64,000 nucleotides of DNA from Malacoraja senta (lineage: Eukaryota), in contig JAXLNO010000627.1 in NCBI GenBank assembly GCA_038087875.1, positions 496,001-560,000 of the forward strand. The letters run 5' to 3'. The position numbers were made by a program, and so were the translations under genes. Under the pieces are notes generated by a model that did not search any database, had not been told where the DNA came from, and worked only from the letters and a program-made list of their open reading frames with translations. Position 1 is the stretch's first letter. The number at the start of each line of letters is the position of its first letter. Below, in pieces: positions 1-13,149 of the stretch.

Positions 1-2896
1 ATTAAATATAGGTAATAAAAGTGATAAATTTCTTAATTTTAAATTTTGTTTTATTTGTTTCCAAATTCGGATTGTACTATGAATAATTGGGTTCTTATTA
101 TAATTTATGTTATTCAATTTCATTGGAGAAAGGAGGATCGCTCCAATGTTTCCAGAGGAGCAATCCTCTTTCTCAATTACAATCCAGTCCACTTGCTGGG
201 CGGAGTTATCCATCAGTTGAATCATATTTTTAATATTTACTGACCAATAATAATACATAAAGTTAGGTAGTGCTAAACCCCCTAATACTTTAGGTTTATT
301 CAGATGAGTTTTTTGTATTCTATGTGATTTATAGTCCCATATAAAATTAGTGATATCTGAGTCGAGTTTTAAAAAAAACTTCTTTGGTAAGTATATAGGA
401 ATCGATTGAAATAGGTATAAAATTTGTGGTAGAAAGATCATTTTTATTGCGTTTATTCGGCCTATTAAAGACATCGGGAGCGTTTTCCAGAATTTAATTA
501 GTGTGTTTAATTTATTAAGTAGGGGGTCAAAATTTGCCCTAAACATACCTTGATATGTTCTGGTAATTTCGACTCCCAAGTATTTAAATTTTTCTGTAGC
601 TATTTTAAAAGGGAATTTTAAAAGATGTGTTGAATCTTTCGGTTTTATTGACATAATTTCACTTTTATTCCAATTTATTCTATATCCAGAAAAAGATCCA
701 AAGTCTTCAATTAAATTTAATATATTTGGTATAGTGATTTGAGGTTTTGTAATGTGCAGTAATATATCATCCGCGTATAAAGATATTTTATTATATGAGT
801 CTTTAGTATTATATCCATGGATATCAGGGTGTATTCTAATTTTTTCTGCTAGCGATTCAATAATGAGAGCAAACAGCTGTGGTGATAATGAGCATCCTTG
901 TCTATTTCCCCTTGATAGTTGGAATTTCGCGGATAATTTGTTATCAGTTAGTATTCTAGCTGTAGGTTTGTTATATAGTAACTTGATCCATAGAATAAAA
1001 TTCTCCCCCAGTTGGAATTATTGTAATACTTTATCCATATAATTCCATTCAACTTGATCAAATGCTTTTTCAGCATCCAGCGAAATAATTGACAATTCTT
1101 GATCTTCAGATTTGTATGTGCATTATGTTGAGTAGACGTCTCATATTGTTAGATGAGTATCTCTTAGGGATAAACCCCGTCTGATCTGCGTTTATTAATT
1201 TACTAATGTATTTACTTAATCTTCTAGCTAATGTTTTCGCTAATATTTTTTGATCTGTGTTTAACAATGCTATAGCTCTATATGAACCAGGTTCTCCTAA
1301 ATCTTTGTTTTTCTTAGGTATTAGTGTAATCGTTGATTCCGCTAATATATCAGGTAGTATTCGTTTTTTATAAGCATATTGGTACATTTTTTGTAATCTT
1401 GGTATTATTTTATCATAAAAGCTTTTATAAAATTCATTAGTAAATCCATCAGGGCCTGGTGTTTTTCCATTCTTTAGTGAGTTTATTGTATCTTCTAATT
1501 CCTTAATTGAGATTTGTGCACCCAATTCCTCTTGTTCCTTCAGCTCTAACTTTGGAAGATAACAGTTATCCAAAAACTTTGTGATATTATTGGAATCAAT
1601 TGTCGTTTTAGATGTATACAAATTCTCATAAAATTGCGCAAATCTTTTATTAATATCCTTCGGTGTTGTTAATAATTCCCCTTTATCTGATTTGATCTTT
1701 GGTATAGTATGTTCCTTTTCTTCTTTTTTTAGCTGGCGAGCCAAAAGTTTATGTGGTTTATCCCCAAATTCAAAGTGCTCTTGTTTTGTAATTTGAAAAA
1801 GTCTTCTAAGTTTGGCAGATAATAATTTATTTAATTTAAATTTCAAAATTATTATTTTATTATGTTTATCTATTGATGGATCTTTAGCATTATCTACATC
1901 CATTTGCCTAATAAGTTATTCCAACTGTCTTTGTTCATTCTTATTCTTTTTATTTTGAAAAGCTTGATATGAAATTATAATACCCCTAATGTATGCTTTA
2001 AAAGATTCCCATAATACAGTAGGCGATATATCTGGAGTATCATTTATTTGAAAAAAGACCTCCATTTGTTCTTTTAAATATATACTCGCTTGTGGATCTT
2101 TTAGAATTTGAGAATTAAATCTCCAAAACGATTTATTCTTAAACATTCCTTCCAGTTTTAAAAAGAAAGTTAGTGGAGAATGGTCTGAAATCGAATTTGT
2201 GTGGTATATTGCGTTAGATGTTTGGGGGATTAATTTTGTATCCAGCAGAAAGTAGTCTATACGTGAGTATGTCTTATGTACCATTGAATAAAACGAGTAT
2301 TCCCTGCCAGTTGGATTGACAATTCTCCAAACATCGGCTATATTAGTATTGTTTATATAGGTATTGAGAAGTTCCCCGGTTTTCGATTTCATATTCCCTC
2401 TCTGTTTTTGGCTTGATTTATCTAAGTACGGATCTAAAACACAGTTAAAGTCTCCTCCCATTATAACATTTTGATAGTTAGACACTGCAATTATGTTGAA
2501 AATGTTATTGAAAAAGTGGGGGTTATCAAAGTTAGGGGCATATATATTTACCAAGGTAAGTGGAGTATCATGGGTTTCTCCATTAACTATTAGGTATCTC
2601 CCTTCTATATCTGTTATGATATTCTTTGCTTTAAATGGTATACCTTTTCTTATAATGATTTACGTGCCTCTAGATTTTGAAGTAAATGAAGAATGGTATG
2701 TTTGACCTATCCATTTCGCCCTCAACCTAACTTGATCCTGAGATTTTAAGTGTGTTTCTTGTAGGAAGGTAATGTCGGAATTGTACAGTTTCAGCTGAGC
2801 TAGTATCTTACCCCTTTTAATAGGTTCGTTAATACCTCTTATATTCCAACTACAAAATGAGATTCCTCCTAGGTTCTTTTGTTTGGTGTCATGCAT
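1..2896 (-). pseudogene. L1 ORF2 (APE endonuclease + RT), broken into several frames
   Basis: Fragments 2660-2896 (SWNIRG, FLQETH), 1916-2554 (GGDFN, SRIDYF, SDH) and 1106-1903 (KTPGPDGF, YRAIALLN). The YADD region lies near 766-777. Confidence 0.9.
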
Positions 2897-3736
2897 TTTG
2901 AATAATTATAGTACCTTTAAATCTTGTGGTGCATCCATATCCCAGGTCTTTGGGTATTGGGGGAACTTTTGAGTTTTTAAGTTTTGTTGGTATGTCCATT
3001 TTACGCTTATCACTAAACACAAAACACAAACATGTGATTTTATGTGATAAAAAAAAAACTAAAAAAGTGAAAATACAGTGTCTGATATAGTCGGCACTGT
3101 AGCGAGTGTCCCACCTGTAGGTGGGAAAAAACCTTGTTTTGACTTCCATTGCGTTGTTATACAAATAGCTCCGCTCTCTTGGTTAATCATAACATATTAA
3201 AATATTAAAACGGGGCCTCACATTCAGATATATAATACAATTTTACCCTGGATATTTCATTATAACATATATATATATATCGGAATTTTAACTACTAATT
3301 ATTAAACCGATACTTTTGACTTCAATAAGAATCAACTGTTGGTTGAAGGGGTTAACGAGAGGTGCCCCTGGGCCTAAGCCAGGTGCTCGTTTCTCATCCC
3401 CTCCTCCCACTTATAGATAAGGTTTCAATTTATTAAAAATTCATATTAGTATGTTAGTTAGTTCGTTATTTTTTATTTTTGTTTTTGTTAGTATTCTAAT
3501 CTAACATGCATAACTTATTAAGTTGTTAATAGGATAAGTTCTTACAATTGGTTATAATATTATAATCTAATAAGCAAGTAAATGCTTCTGGTATATACCA
3601 TTCCCATCTGTTCAGTTGTTTACTCGTTTTGAACAGAAAGTGTCCTTGATTCAACATTCCAAAGATAACAGTCTAACTATCCCCAGACAAAGCATTGCTT
3701 AGAATGGTTCAGTTCTGCCAAACCCCCCTTTGATTT

Positions 3737-4720
3737 CTATTTTTCAACGATAGTTTGGGCATATTTAAACGCGTCTTCAGGCTTAACAAATGACTTTTCA
3801 AAACCCTTAAAGGAAATACGCATTTTCGCGGGGTAAAAAATCCCATATCTGATCCCTTCTTTCCCTCTTAAAAGATCCTTAACCTTCTCGAATTTGTTTC
3901 TTTTTTGCGCAATTTCATACGGGTAGTCCCTGAATATCTTAATAGTGTCATTGTCCAGCCGCAGTTGCACACCGTATTTGATTTTGCTCATAACATCTTC
4001 CAGTTCTAAAATATCCCGAAATTTCACAATAATATGTCGTGGATAAGTTTTTCCCGCACCAGATCTTTGTTTAAAACTTGGGACACGATGAGCCACTTCG
4101 ATTTTCGGTTCTCTGGAAAGATTCAGCAGTTGTTTAAGCAAGCCCATGGCAAACTCACGCACATCCTCCCCTTCGGCTCCCTCTGAGACTCCAAGAATTC
4201 TCAAATTCTGACGTCTAGAGCGAGCTTCCAGGTCCAGGCATTTTTCTGAGACTTTACTGAGTTGAGTCACCATCTGTAGTGAAGTTTGTTCATTTTCTCG
4301 CCTCATTTGCTCATGTTCTTGCCTCATTTTTGCCATGTCTTCAACCACTCGAGCCGTGTTTTTCTCCAATTCCGTAATTGTGCGCATACTTGCAGCTACT
4401 GTTTCAAGCACAGCCGTGAACTTGTCCGTAGTAGTTTCATCCATCTTGTCCATTCTCTCTGATAGTCCATCTTTCACCTCATCAATTCGTTTATTCATAA
4501 TGTCCAGTGAATCAATCATATTCTTCTGATTACCAGCATTTAAATCCCTCATCATCTTCTCCATTCCTTCCATCATTTTTGCCATATTTTCCTTCATATC
4601 TTCCTTCATATTATCATTCATATTTTCCATCATAATTTTATTTTCGTCCAAAATCTCATCGTTCATATTTTTCACTGATTTCTTCCAGTCATCAAACTCT
4701 TTCTTAGATCTTGTATCCAT
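3737..4720 (-). CDS. L1 ORF1 protein (coiled coil plus Tnp22-type RRM/CTD)
   Basis: Met/Glu/Lys-rich heptad region followed by LEARSRRQNLRILGVSEGAE, IEVAHR, PRHIIVKF, IFRDYP and YPAKMRI. First ATG is at 4720; the frame is open to a GTG at 4822. Confidence 0.88.
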   Translation of the reverse strand: MDTRSKKEFDDWKKSVKNMNDEILDENKIMMENMNDNMKEDMKENMAKMMEGMEKMMRDLNAGNQKNMIDSLDIMNKRIDEVKDGLSERMDKMDETTTDKFTAVLETVAASMRTITELEKNTARVVEDMAKMRQEHEQMRRENEQTSLQMVTQLSKVSEKCLDLEARSRRQNLRILGVSEGAEGEDVREFAMGLLKQLLNLSREPKIEVAHRVPSFKQRSGAGKTYPRHIIVKFRDILELEDVMSKIKYGVQLRLDNDTIKIFRDYPYEIAQKRNKFEKVKDLLRGKEGIRYGIFYPAKMRISFKGFEKSFVKPEDAFKYAQTIVEK

Positions 4721-4874
4721 TTCTGCAGCCACTTCAGAGACTTCAGAGATTTCAGAGGTAACTTCTGCTTCAGGCTTCTTCTGGTCTCTCAGCAGCTTTT
4801 TCACTGTTCTCTGAGGGCTCACAGCTGGAGACAGGTTACTGATTTAAAGGGCTTTAAACCACCGTTTAAAACAT

Positions 4875-4902
4875 CGCGCTTAATGATGACGTCATCAGCG
4901 CG
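4875..4902. promoter_or_regulatory. CRE-containing palindrome in the L1 5' UTR
   Basis: Perfect 14-bp palindrome TGATGACGTCATCA (4884-4897) containing TGACGTCA, flanked by CGCGC and GCGCG. Function is inferred. Confidence 0.45.
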
Positions 4903-5299
4903 GCGACCAGAAGCTCCGGTAAGGTTTTTAAAAACAATCCCGATTTCTGGACCCGTTTTACACGATAAATCGTGAAATTTTTCGGGAGAGGAGCTAGGTG
5001 CACGTCTGTTAGTCCAACATGGCGCCACCCTTTTTCTAAGGTAGAGTCTGACGTATCTGAGTACCACACTATTGAATGGACCCGCATTTGCATTATGCAA
5101 CCACATTACATATTTGTGTTCTCGGAGACAGGAGTCCTGGCTGGCCATTTGCATTTCCCAGACACAATAGCAATTACGGCAAAACAATATTTTGTGAAAT
5201 AAATCAAAATCTGTGATTTAAAACATCTTTTACATTTTTGGAAAAGCAATATTAAGATTAATACACACTTGTTCCAATCTATCAGCAGCAGAAGATCAG

Positions 5300-7313
5300 G
5301 ATCACCCGGGTGAATGTGGATATCAGAGATATGAGTTATAGTGAAGTGGTCGCACCAAGCGTACAGGCTGAACTAGATACGTGGGCACTAAGAAAGGAAT
5401 CAACTGGGGCAGTCCCCTCGACAACAGCTATGCCTCATTGGATATTGCTGGGAGGATGACTGTTCTGCAGAGGTCATGTCTATGGCGCAGCTGTGATCCT
5501 GGCTCTGAGGCACGGTGGGAAAGTGTGGAGACAGGCAGTCCATAGTGATAGGGAACTCGTTATCAATGTGGGAAGACAGGAGATTTTGTGGTAGCAAACG
5601 TCCACTGGAAGGTGTGTTGCCTCCTTGGTACCAAGGTGCAAAATTTCTCGGAGCGGCTGGATACATTCTCAAGGGAGAAGGTGAACAGCCGGAAGTCGCG
5701 GGTTAAATTGGCACATATGACATTATTAAGGAAATGAATATAGGGAGCTAGCAGGATCTCGGGGGTAATAATCTCCAGTTTGCTCCAGGATCCGTGTGCT
5801 GGTGAAAGTAAGAACAGGAGATAGAGCAGGTGAACGCATGGCTACGGGACTAGTGCAGGGGGCATGTATTCAGATGTTTGGACCAATGGGATTATTCTGA
5901 GGCAGATGTGGTCCGTACACGGGGGATGGGTTGCAGCAGAAGTGGAGAGGGACAAACAGATCATTCTGGGACAGAGGTGATCTGTACAAGAGGGATGGGT
6001 TGTAGAAGAGCTGGGGTCGGAAGGGGGTGAGGGGGAGAATCAGCAGGTTTACGAGTGCTGTTTGAGATGGCTTAAATTAATTTGGCAGATCCCATCCAGG
6101 ACTGAGGCATGGGAGAGACTGGAAGTCGGTACGGTAGGCAATGAAAGCATTTTCAGGGCACAGGGTAGGTAGGAACATGGCAGATAGAGAAGTAGTTGGA
6201 TTAAATTATATTTATTTCAGTGCAAGAAGCTGGGCAGATAAGGGGGGGTGAGCTCAGGACGTGGATATGTACGGATGCTATAACCGTAACCTGTCAAGAA
6301 GAGGGACATGACTGGCTTCTTAATGTTCCAGGGTACATGTGTGACAGGCGAAATATTGATAGGGGTAACATTGGCGGTGCATTTGGTTCGCTAATTAAGG
6401 AGATCGTGCGAGATGACATTAGTGATGGATCGTCAGCATTGTGTGGAGATAGAGCAGGATTTGTGTGTGGATTTGAAAAATTAAAAAGTTGGTGATCACC
6501 TTGCTGGGAGTGCTATATATGCCACTAATAGATAAATTAAAGAGAAATGAGAATAACAAATATGCTCAGAGATTGCATTTAGCTACTAGACTAATAAAAT
6601 TGCCCTAATGGGGGATATGTACTGCGATTATTATAGTACCAAGGGATTTGACGGGGAGGAATTTGTCAAATGTATTCAGGAAAGTTTCTAAAGCCAACAT
6701 GTAAAAGCCCCAACAAGGAAGTGGACAGAGCGTGACGTAGTCGAAGGAAGATGGGAAGGGCAAGCGTCTAGAATGGTGGTAGGCAATAATGTTTTCACCA
6801 ACGACTACAGGTCTACAAGCTTTCAAATTGTTATGTACTAGCATAGTGTGGGCCGACAATTTCTGACCAACTTTACGCGACCATGCTGGAAACTACAAAC
6901 GCTAATTGGAGTAGGATGTTTGCGGATAAAGTGATGTATGGAAAGCAGGATACCTTTAAAAAAAGTGACTGTGAGAATTCAAAACATGCATGTTCCTGTT
7001 AGAGTTAAGGGCAAAAGAGTAAGGAAGCGAGCCTTGGTGACGAAAGAATTGAGGGTTTGGTCAGGGAAAATGAGGCATGGGAGCTACTGGCCTCTGGGAA
7101 CAAGTGTGGAGAATCTGTGGATTCAGAAGGCAGTGGAGGCCAATTCTCTGGATGCTTTCAAGAGAGTTAGATAGAGCTCTTAAAGATAGCGGAGTCGGGA
7201 TGTGGCGAGAAGACAGGAACGGGTTACTGATTGTGGATGATCAGCCATGATCATATTGAATGGCGGTGCTGGCTCGAAGGGCCAAATGGCCTACTCCTGC
7301 ACCTATTGTCTAT
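5300..7313 (+). mobile_element. Old degenerate CR1 LINE (ORF1 esterase and ORF2 remnants) joined to a better preserved CR1 3' end
   Basis: Remnants match the CR1 at 17.5-20.9 kb (NAWLRD.CR..F..LDQW, QE..DW.LNVPGY). The 3' end at ~7107-7313 has QKAVEANSLDAFK and a ..TACTCCTGCACCTATTGTCTAT tail. Confidence 0.75.
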
Positions 7314-7340
7314 CCTTGGAAGAGTGGAAAGGAGGCGAAG

Positions 7341-7771
7341 GTGTGTGTATGCGTGTGTGCGTGTGTGTTTGTGTGTGTGGTGTATGTATGCGCGTGTGTG
7401 CGTGTGTGTGTATGTGTGTGTGTGTATGTGTGTGGTGTGTGTGGGGTCCGTGTGTGTGTGTGTGTATATATGCGTGTGGTATGTGTGTATGTGTGGTGTG
7501 TGTGGGGTGGTGCGTGTGTATGTGTGCGTCTGTGTGTGGTGTGTGGGTGTTGTGTATGTGTGGTGTGTGTGTGTGTGTGTGTATGTGTGTGGTATGTGTG
7601 TTGTGTGTGTGTGTGTGGTGTGTGTGTATGTGTGGTGTGTGTATGTGGTGTGTGTGTGTATGTGTGTGTGTGTGGGGGGGGGTTGTGTATTTGTGTATGC
7701 GTGTGTGTAGTGTGTGTGTGTTTATGTATGCGGGTTGTGTATGTGTATGTGCGTGTGTGTGTGTGCGTGTG
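7341..7771. repeat. Imperfect (TG)n microsatellite, ~430 bp
   Basis: Seen directly in the sequence. Confidence 0.97.
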
Positions 7772-7830
7772 TTGCCGCATGTTGCTGCACCTCCACACAG
7801 AGTCTTAATCCTCCATTGCTAACACCCAAC

Positions 7831-9047
7831 AAAGTCAAGTCACTTTTATTTCTATAGCACATTTAAAAAACAACTCTCGTTGACCAAAGTGCTTTACATT
7901 GGTGGAGGTACTAACGTTATACAACATTGGTTCATAGATTAAGTACATACATAAATACATACATATAGCCCTCCCTCAGAGGACGTCAAGAAAGGCTTGA
8001 GAGTAAAGATGAGTTTTAAGTCTCGACTTAAAGGATTCGATGGAGGGGGCAGTTCTGGTGGGAAGAGGGATGCTGTTCCACAGTCTAGGAGCTGCAACCG
8101 CAAAGGCGCGGTCGCCCCTGAGCTTATGCCTAGACCGCGGAATGTTCAGTAACCCCAAGTCGGCCGATCTGAGGGACATGGAGGTGGTGTGGTGGGTAAG
8201 CAGACTTTTGATGTAGGTGGGGGCAAGCCCGTTAAGGGCTTTGTAAACATAAAGAAGGATCTGCAATAAAGGATCTTTATTCGGAACCGCACAGGGAGCC
8301 AGTGGAGAGAGGCCAGAATCGGGGTGATGTGGTCCCTTTTTCGGGTGCCCGTCAGGAGTCTCGCTGCAGCGTTTTGGACCAGTTGCAGGTGGGACAGGGA
8401 AGATTGGCTGATGCCAGTGTAAAGGGAGTTGCAGTAATCGAGGCGGGAGGAGATAAATGTGTGGATGATCTTTTCGAGGTCATCAAACTGGAGGAATTGT
8501 TTTATTTTAGCTATCGTCCGAAGCTGGAAAAGCTAGTTTTTACCATGGCATTGACTTGTTTGTCAAATTTCAATGCTGAGTCAAATATCACGCCAAGGTT
8601 TTTGACGTGATGTTTGAGTAATGGGGTAAGGCTTCCAAGGCTGCCTGCTATCATTTTGATTGAGTCCGAGGGGCCGAGAAGGATGATCTCAGACTTACTC
8701 TCGTTTAGTTGGAGGAAATTCTGGACCATCCAACACTTTATATCCTCGAGGCAGTGGATAAGGGTAAGTAGATTTGATCATTTTGGGGCTTCAGGGGGAG
8801 ATAGAGTTGTGTATCGTCTGCATTGCAATGGAAGGAAATGCCATGCCTTTGAATGACTTGGCCTAAGGGGAGCATATGCAGGGAGAAGAGAATGGGGCCA
8901 AGGATGGAACCTTGTGGAACCCCACAGCAGAGGCTAGCTGGGGAGGAGAAAGAGTTGCCTATGTTAGTAGAGAAACTCCTACATTTGAGGTAGGAGATGA
9001 ACCAGCTCAGGGCAGTGCTATCAATACCAACCACGTGCTGGAGACGG
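7831..9047 (-). mobile_element. L2-clade LINE, 5'-truncated
   Basis: GVPQGSILGPILF, ADDTQLY, LQLNESKSE and GDRAFAVAAPRLWNSIP; AATAAA followed by a (TGACT)n tail at ~7832-7850. Confidence 0.88.
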
Positions 9048-9920
9048 ACAAGTCAGCATTCTTTCCTTTCCCTCCAATTTGTTATATTAGGACCACAATT
9101 TATGATCGCCGGACAACAATATGGGATCTAATAGAACAAACATAGGTAGCAAAATTGAACATACCGGGTTTGCAGCCATGTGGTTCTATGCAGTGCTCTG
9201 TTCGCTGTGTCATGTGTTGGAGGGTATTGTGTGCCTGACCAGCACCCTGATTCTGGCTTCACGTGAGACCATGTCGCACTCATAATGATGGCTCAAATCA
9301 GGCGAGCACGGTAAGAAAATCTCGTAGAGTAGTGGTGGTTTACTCAAACATTCATAGAACTTTATAGAACGTGACAGTGTGTACTGGAAAACATTCTGTG
9401 AGGAGACACATTTTTCAACGATTCGCAGCACTTACAGTTTGTACAGTTCGCGTCACAATGGTTACATGCGGATTTCACAATTTTGAAATAATGCACATGA
9501 CAAAGAAACACTTTTGCTTTAACGCTCTTAATATGTACGATTTTGGGTTAAATATATTACAAACTTGCCCAAATTTCTCATCACTTCCATAATTTGCTGA
9601 GTCACCTTTACACCCAAGAACTCCCCCTCCCCAGAGTGAAACCTCTGCTGCGGGTATTCGATGGGACAGTACCCTGAAATGACCAAAGACGTGGTTTTAA
9701 TAGTAAGATTGAACGAGAACTTACCAGTTTGAAGTTTGATCTGTATTTTATGAGGAGTTACGATGAGGGATTACGTGAAGAAGCCCGCCAGCCGCATGCG
9801 CGTCAACCTTCAAAGCAGCGATGTGAAATCACAGATAACAGTTGTTGAACTGAATATAGGAAGATTCGAGAAACTAGAACTACCAGCTGACCTTTATGAG
9901 AGAGGGTTGGAAACAGAGGG

Positions 9921-10033
9921 CACGTAATCCCTCATCGTAACTCCTCATAAAATAAAGATCAAACTTCAAACTGGTAAGTTCTCGTTTAAACTTACTATTT
10001 TACTTCGGAGTCATGTGAGTGACTACGTGAAGA
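9921..10033. repeat. DIRS internal complementary region (ICR)
   Basis: 9921-9999 is the reverse complement of 9699-9777. 9999-10033 is the reverse complement of 14127-14161 (1 mismatch). Confidence 0.92.
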
Positions 10034-10242
10034 TTTCAAAGCTCTGTGATTTCATGCCGTGAACACCAGTCCATGCAACCACTGCATTAGTTGACCAAGG
10101 AGGAGTGAAAATCATAATGCATTCAGACGTGACATAGATTTAAAGCATGCTGATACTTTTTATTAAACAAAAATTGACGAATATGAAATAATAGAGACCC
10201 CTCACATCCGGGTTAAATTATTAAACAGAACTTAAAATTGAG

Positions 10243-11151
10243 TTAGCAAACACCCCCCGGCCTGGCAATGGGTTTGTTATAAAACGTTTGGAAAGTTCTT
10301 TCCTTTGACCATCCCGTCGCCGCTAGGATGTGGTCCAATGGAAACTCCAAAACCCTCGCTGCTGATGTTGTTGCAGCCCTGGTGGAGTGAGATTTAAAAA
10401 TATCACTGTCCATATCTGCACAAGCCAAAACCTGGCTTAACCACCTCGAGATGGTCTGCACTGACACCCTCTTGTGAGGTTTTTTGTGGCTACCAAATAC
10501 TGCTAGTTCAGTGCCTCTGAGACTTTTTGTGGCCTTAATATACTGTTGTAGATGTGTGACCACACAAAACCTATGGTCCACGGGGTATGCCATAAACACT
10601 AATTTGAGACTTGATGCCCCTGGTCTGCTCTGCTTGACTAAGTCATGCACATAAAAAGTTATTTTACTGGCAGAAATAACCATTGTGTCCAGTCATAGTT
10701 TATGCAACGACTGGACCCGTTGCGCCGAAATCAGTGCCATGAGCATAACCAATTTAAAAGTTAGTCTGACTAGTGACAGTGATGTAGCTGGAGCCACCGC
10801 CGAAGCAGCGTCAGTACAATGTTCACATCCCATATCTCCGAGTACCTTGAACTGGGGGGGATCGGTGTTGAAGATACCCTTCATGAACCTGCATATCAGC
10901 GGGTGAGACCCGACAGCGTGGCGTCCCGATCCCACCAACAAGTATAATGACAATGCACTCCTAGCACAATTAATGGCACTGTAACTCAATCTTTCATCTA
11001 AAACTAGATTGGTCAGAAATTCCAAGACATCCGTCACCCGTGCCGTGTCATACGTGATGTTGGACTGCGAACAGAACGTTTCCCATCTCTTCATATAGGA
11101 GATGTACTGCTTCTTGGTGCTATCTCTCCAAGCCGCAGTGATCACGTCCAC
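10243..11151 (-). pseudogene. DIRS tyrosine recombinase, frameshifted
   Basis: AWRDSTKKQY..WETFC N-terminal domain, LISAQRVQSL, HSTR, and ILAATGWSKERTFQTFY. Confidence 0.88.
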
Positions 11152-11309
11152 TGTTCGATCTGACAGTCCGAGCCCCAGGAAAGGTCTCCTCAGAGTCTAC
11201 AAATCAACAAATTTATTCGATCATGTGGCTCTCCCCAGTCACGGGATGAACCAGCAGATTACTGCGTTTGGGAATGGCCATAAAAGGCTCTGATATCATT
11301 CCCAGTATC

Positions 11310-13120
11310 AATGGGAACCATGGCTGTGTAGGCCAGTCAGGCACTACCAAAATGCCTGACTCTGAGTCTTGTTGGATCTTTTACAAGACCTGGCTGATGA
11401 GGCAGAACGGAGGGAATGCATAGAAAAACATTCCTCCCCAGTCTAGCGAGAATGCATCCATCGCTACTGCCCCTGGGTCTGGCTCCCATGCAACATACTT
11501 TGGTAACTGGTGATTAAGCTTGGATGCGAATAAATCGATATCCGGCGTTCCATACCGAGCGATAATGTTGGTGAACACTTTATGATCCAACATCCACTCT
11601 GTGTTGTCATTAAATTTACGTGACCTGGTGTCTGCCACTATATTGAGCCTACCTGGCAGGTAGGTAGCTGAAATCCAAATGCTTCTTACAATACACCAGT
11701 GCCAAATAAGTTTAGCCAAATTATCACAGGATACTGACTTAATTCCACCCATGTGATTAATATATGCCACCGCTGTGGTGTTGTCAACCTGAAGTTGAAC
11801 ATGCAGATGATGCATATTGGCACAATAAGCCTTCAGCCCATAGAATGCTCCCAGCATCTCTAAATAGTTAATACCACGTGACTGAAGAAATGATGATTCA
11901 TGCACATCCCATCTGCCACCGCAACTAGAGATGGTATTAGTAGCTCCGCATCCTTGAGCACTAGCATTAGTTTGTAATATAACTGAAAGTTTGCTGACTA
12001 AAATGGTATTGGAGCAGTGCCGGATATTGGTCGTCCACCATTGTAATTCTGAAATAGCATCAGCTGGTAGCCGCATAGGTCTGTTACAATGACCTGCATG
12101 ATGTTTGAGTGCTTGCTCCTTTGCACATTGTAAATTCTGATAATGCAAAGGTCCAAACTGAGCAGCTGGAAAGGCAGCCACTAATTTGCCAACTACACTG
12201 GCTACTTGTCGAATAGATGGTTGCTCAATAACAACAAGGTTGTTACAGGCTTCTATTAATTCTAATCTCTTGCCCCAGGGCAGAGTTACAGACAGATGAA
12301 TAGAGTTAATGGTAAATCCCAAATAATCAATAATTCTAGATGGTATCAACTTAGATTTATCTGGATGGATGAGAAACCCCAATCTCTCAAACAAGAGTTT
12401 AGTGGCTGAAACAGCTAATTTAGCTAATTTCAGAGTTTTTTCTATAGTTAGGATATCATCCAAGTATGCCATAACAATATGATTTGGGGCTCTAAGAAGC
12501 CCTAGCGCCGGTTTCAATAATTTGGTAAATAATCTGGGGGCTGATGTTAACTCATTAGGCAATGCTTTAAACTGCCACAGTTGCCCCATCCAGTTAAACT
12601 TTATATACCGCCGGTGATCCCTGTGAATGGGTACCGAATAGTATGCATCTTTGAGATCGATGCATGCCATAAAGCATCCTTTGGAAATCAGTTGTTTGGC
12701 AGTAACGAAGGTTTACATTTTAAAATGTCTATACTGCACAAAAGCGTTAAGTTGAGTCAAATCAAGGATGATTCGGCATCCTCAATCTTTCTTTTGTCTT
12801 GTAAATATATTAGAAACAAATTCATGAGGTTCATGACTCGACCTCTCAATCACCCCTTTTGTATATACGTTTTGAATTTCAGCTTGCACATCCAAACCTT
12901 CCTGTTGTGAATGAACAAATGTCCGGTTTGGTGCATGCTGTGTGGGTGGCAATGAATTGGGAAGGTATTCGATTTGGAACCCCTGTATACTGTGCAGTAT
13001 AAACTGATCTGACATTACCCAACTCCATTCATTCAAAAACAAGTGTAATCTCCCACCAACTTGTAAACGGTCCACACACCCCATGTTCCGGAAAGAACCA
13101 GACCCACCTACCTCCATGGT
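11310..13120 (-). pseudogene. DIRS pol: RT, RNase H and Dam-like methyltransferase domain, frameshifted
   Basis: VGGRLHLF, DLKDAY, YLDD, INYLEM, DNTTAVAYINHMGG, NIVAD..SR, then IDLFAS..DAFSLDW..YAFPPF. Confidence 0.9.
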
Positions 13121-13149
13121 TACCGGTGGTTGTGTGGTTTTTATTTCCG

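Larger units (their letters stand above)
1..5030 (-). mobile_element. L1-clade LINE, 5' end apparently intact, runs off the window start; ORF2 disrupted
   Basis: ORF1 at 3737-4720, AT-rich inter-ORF spacer, and ORF2 fragments below 2896. The probable 5' end GGGTGGCGCCATG.. at 5030 follows AGAAAAA. Homologous to the L1 at 25409-30035. Confidence 0.92.

Noticed and set aside
7231..7822. Cys/Val-rich and His/Thr-rich ORFs
   Set aside because: These are translations of the (TG)n microsatellite.
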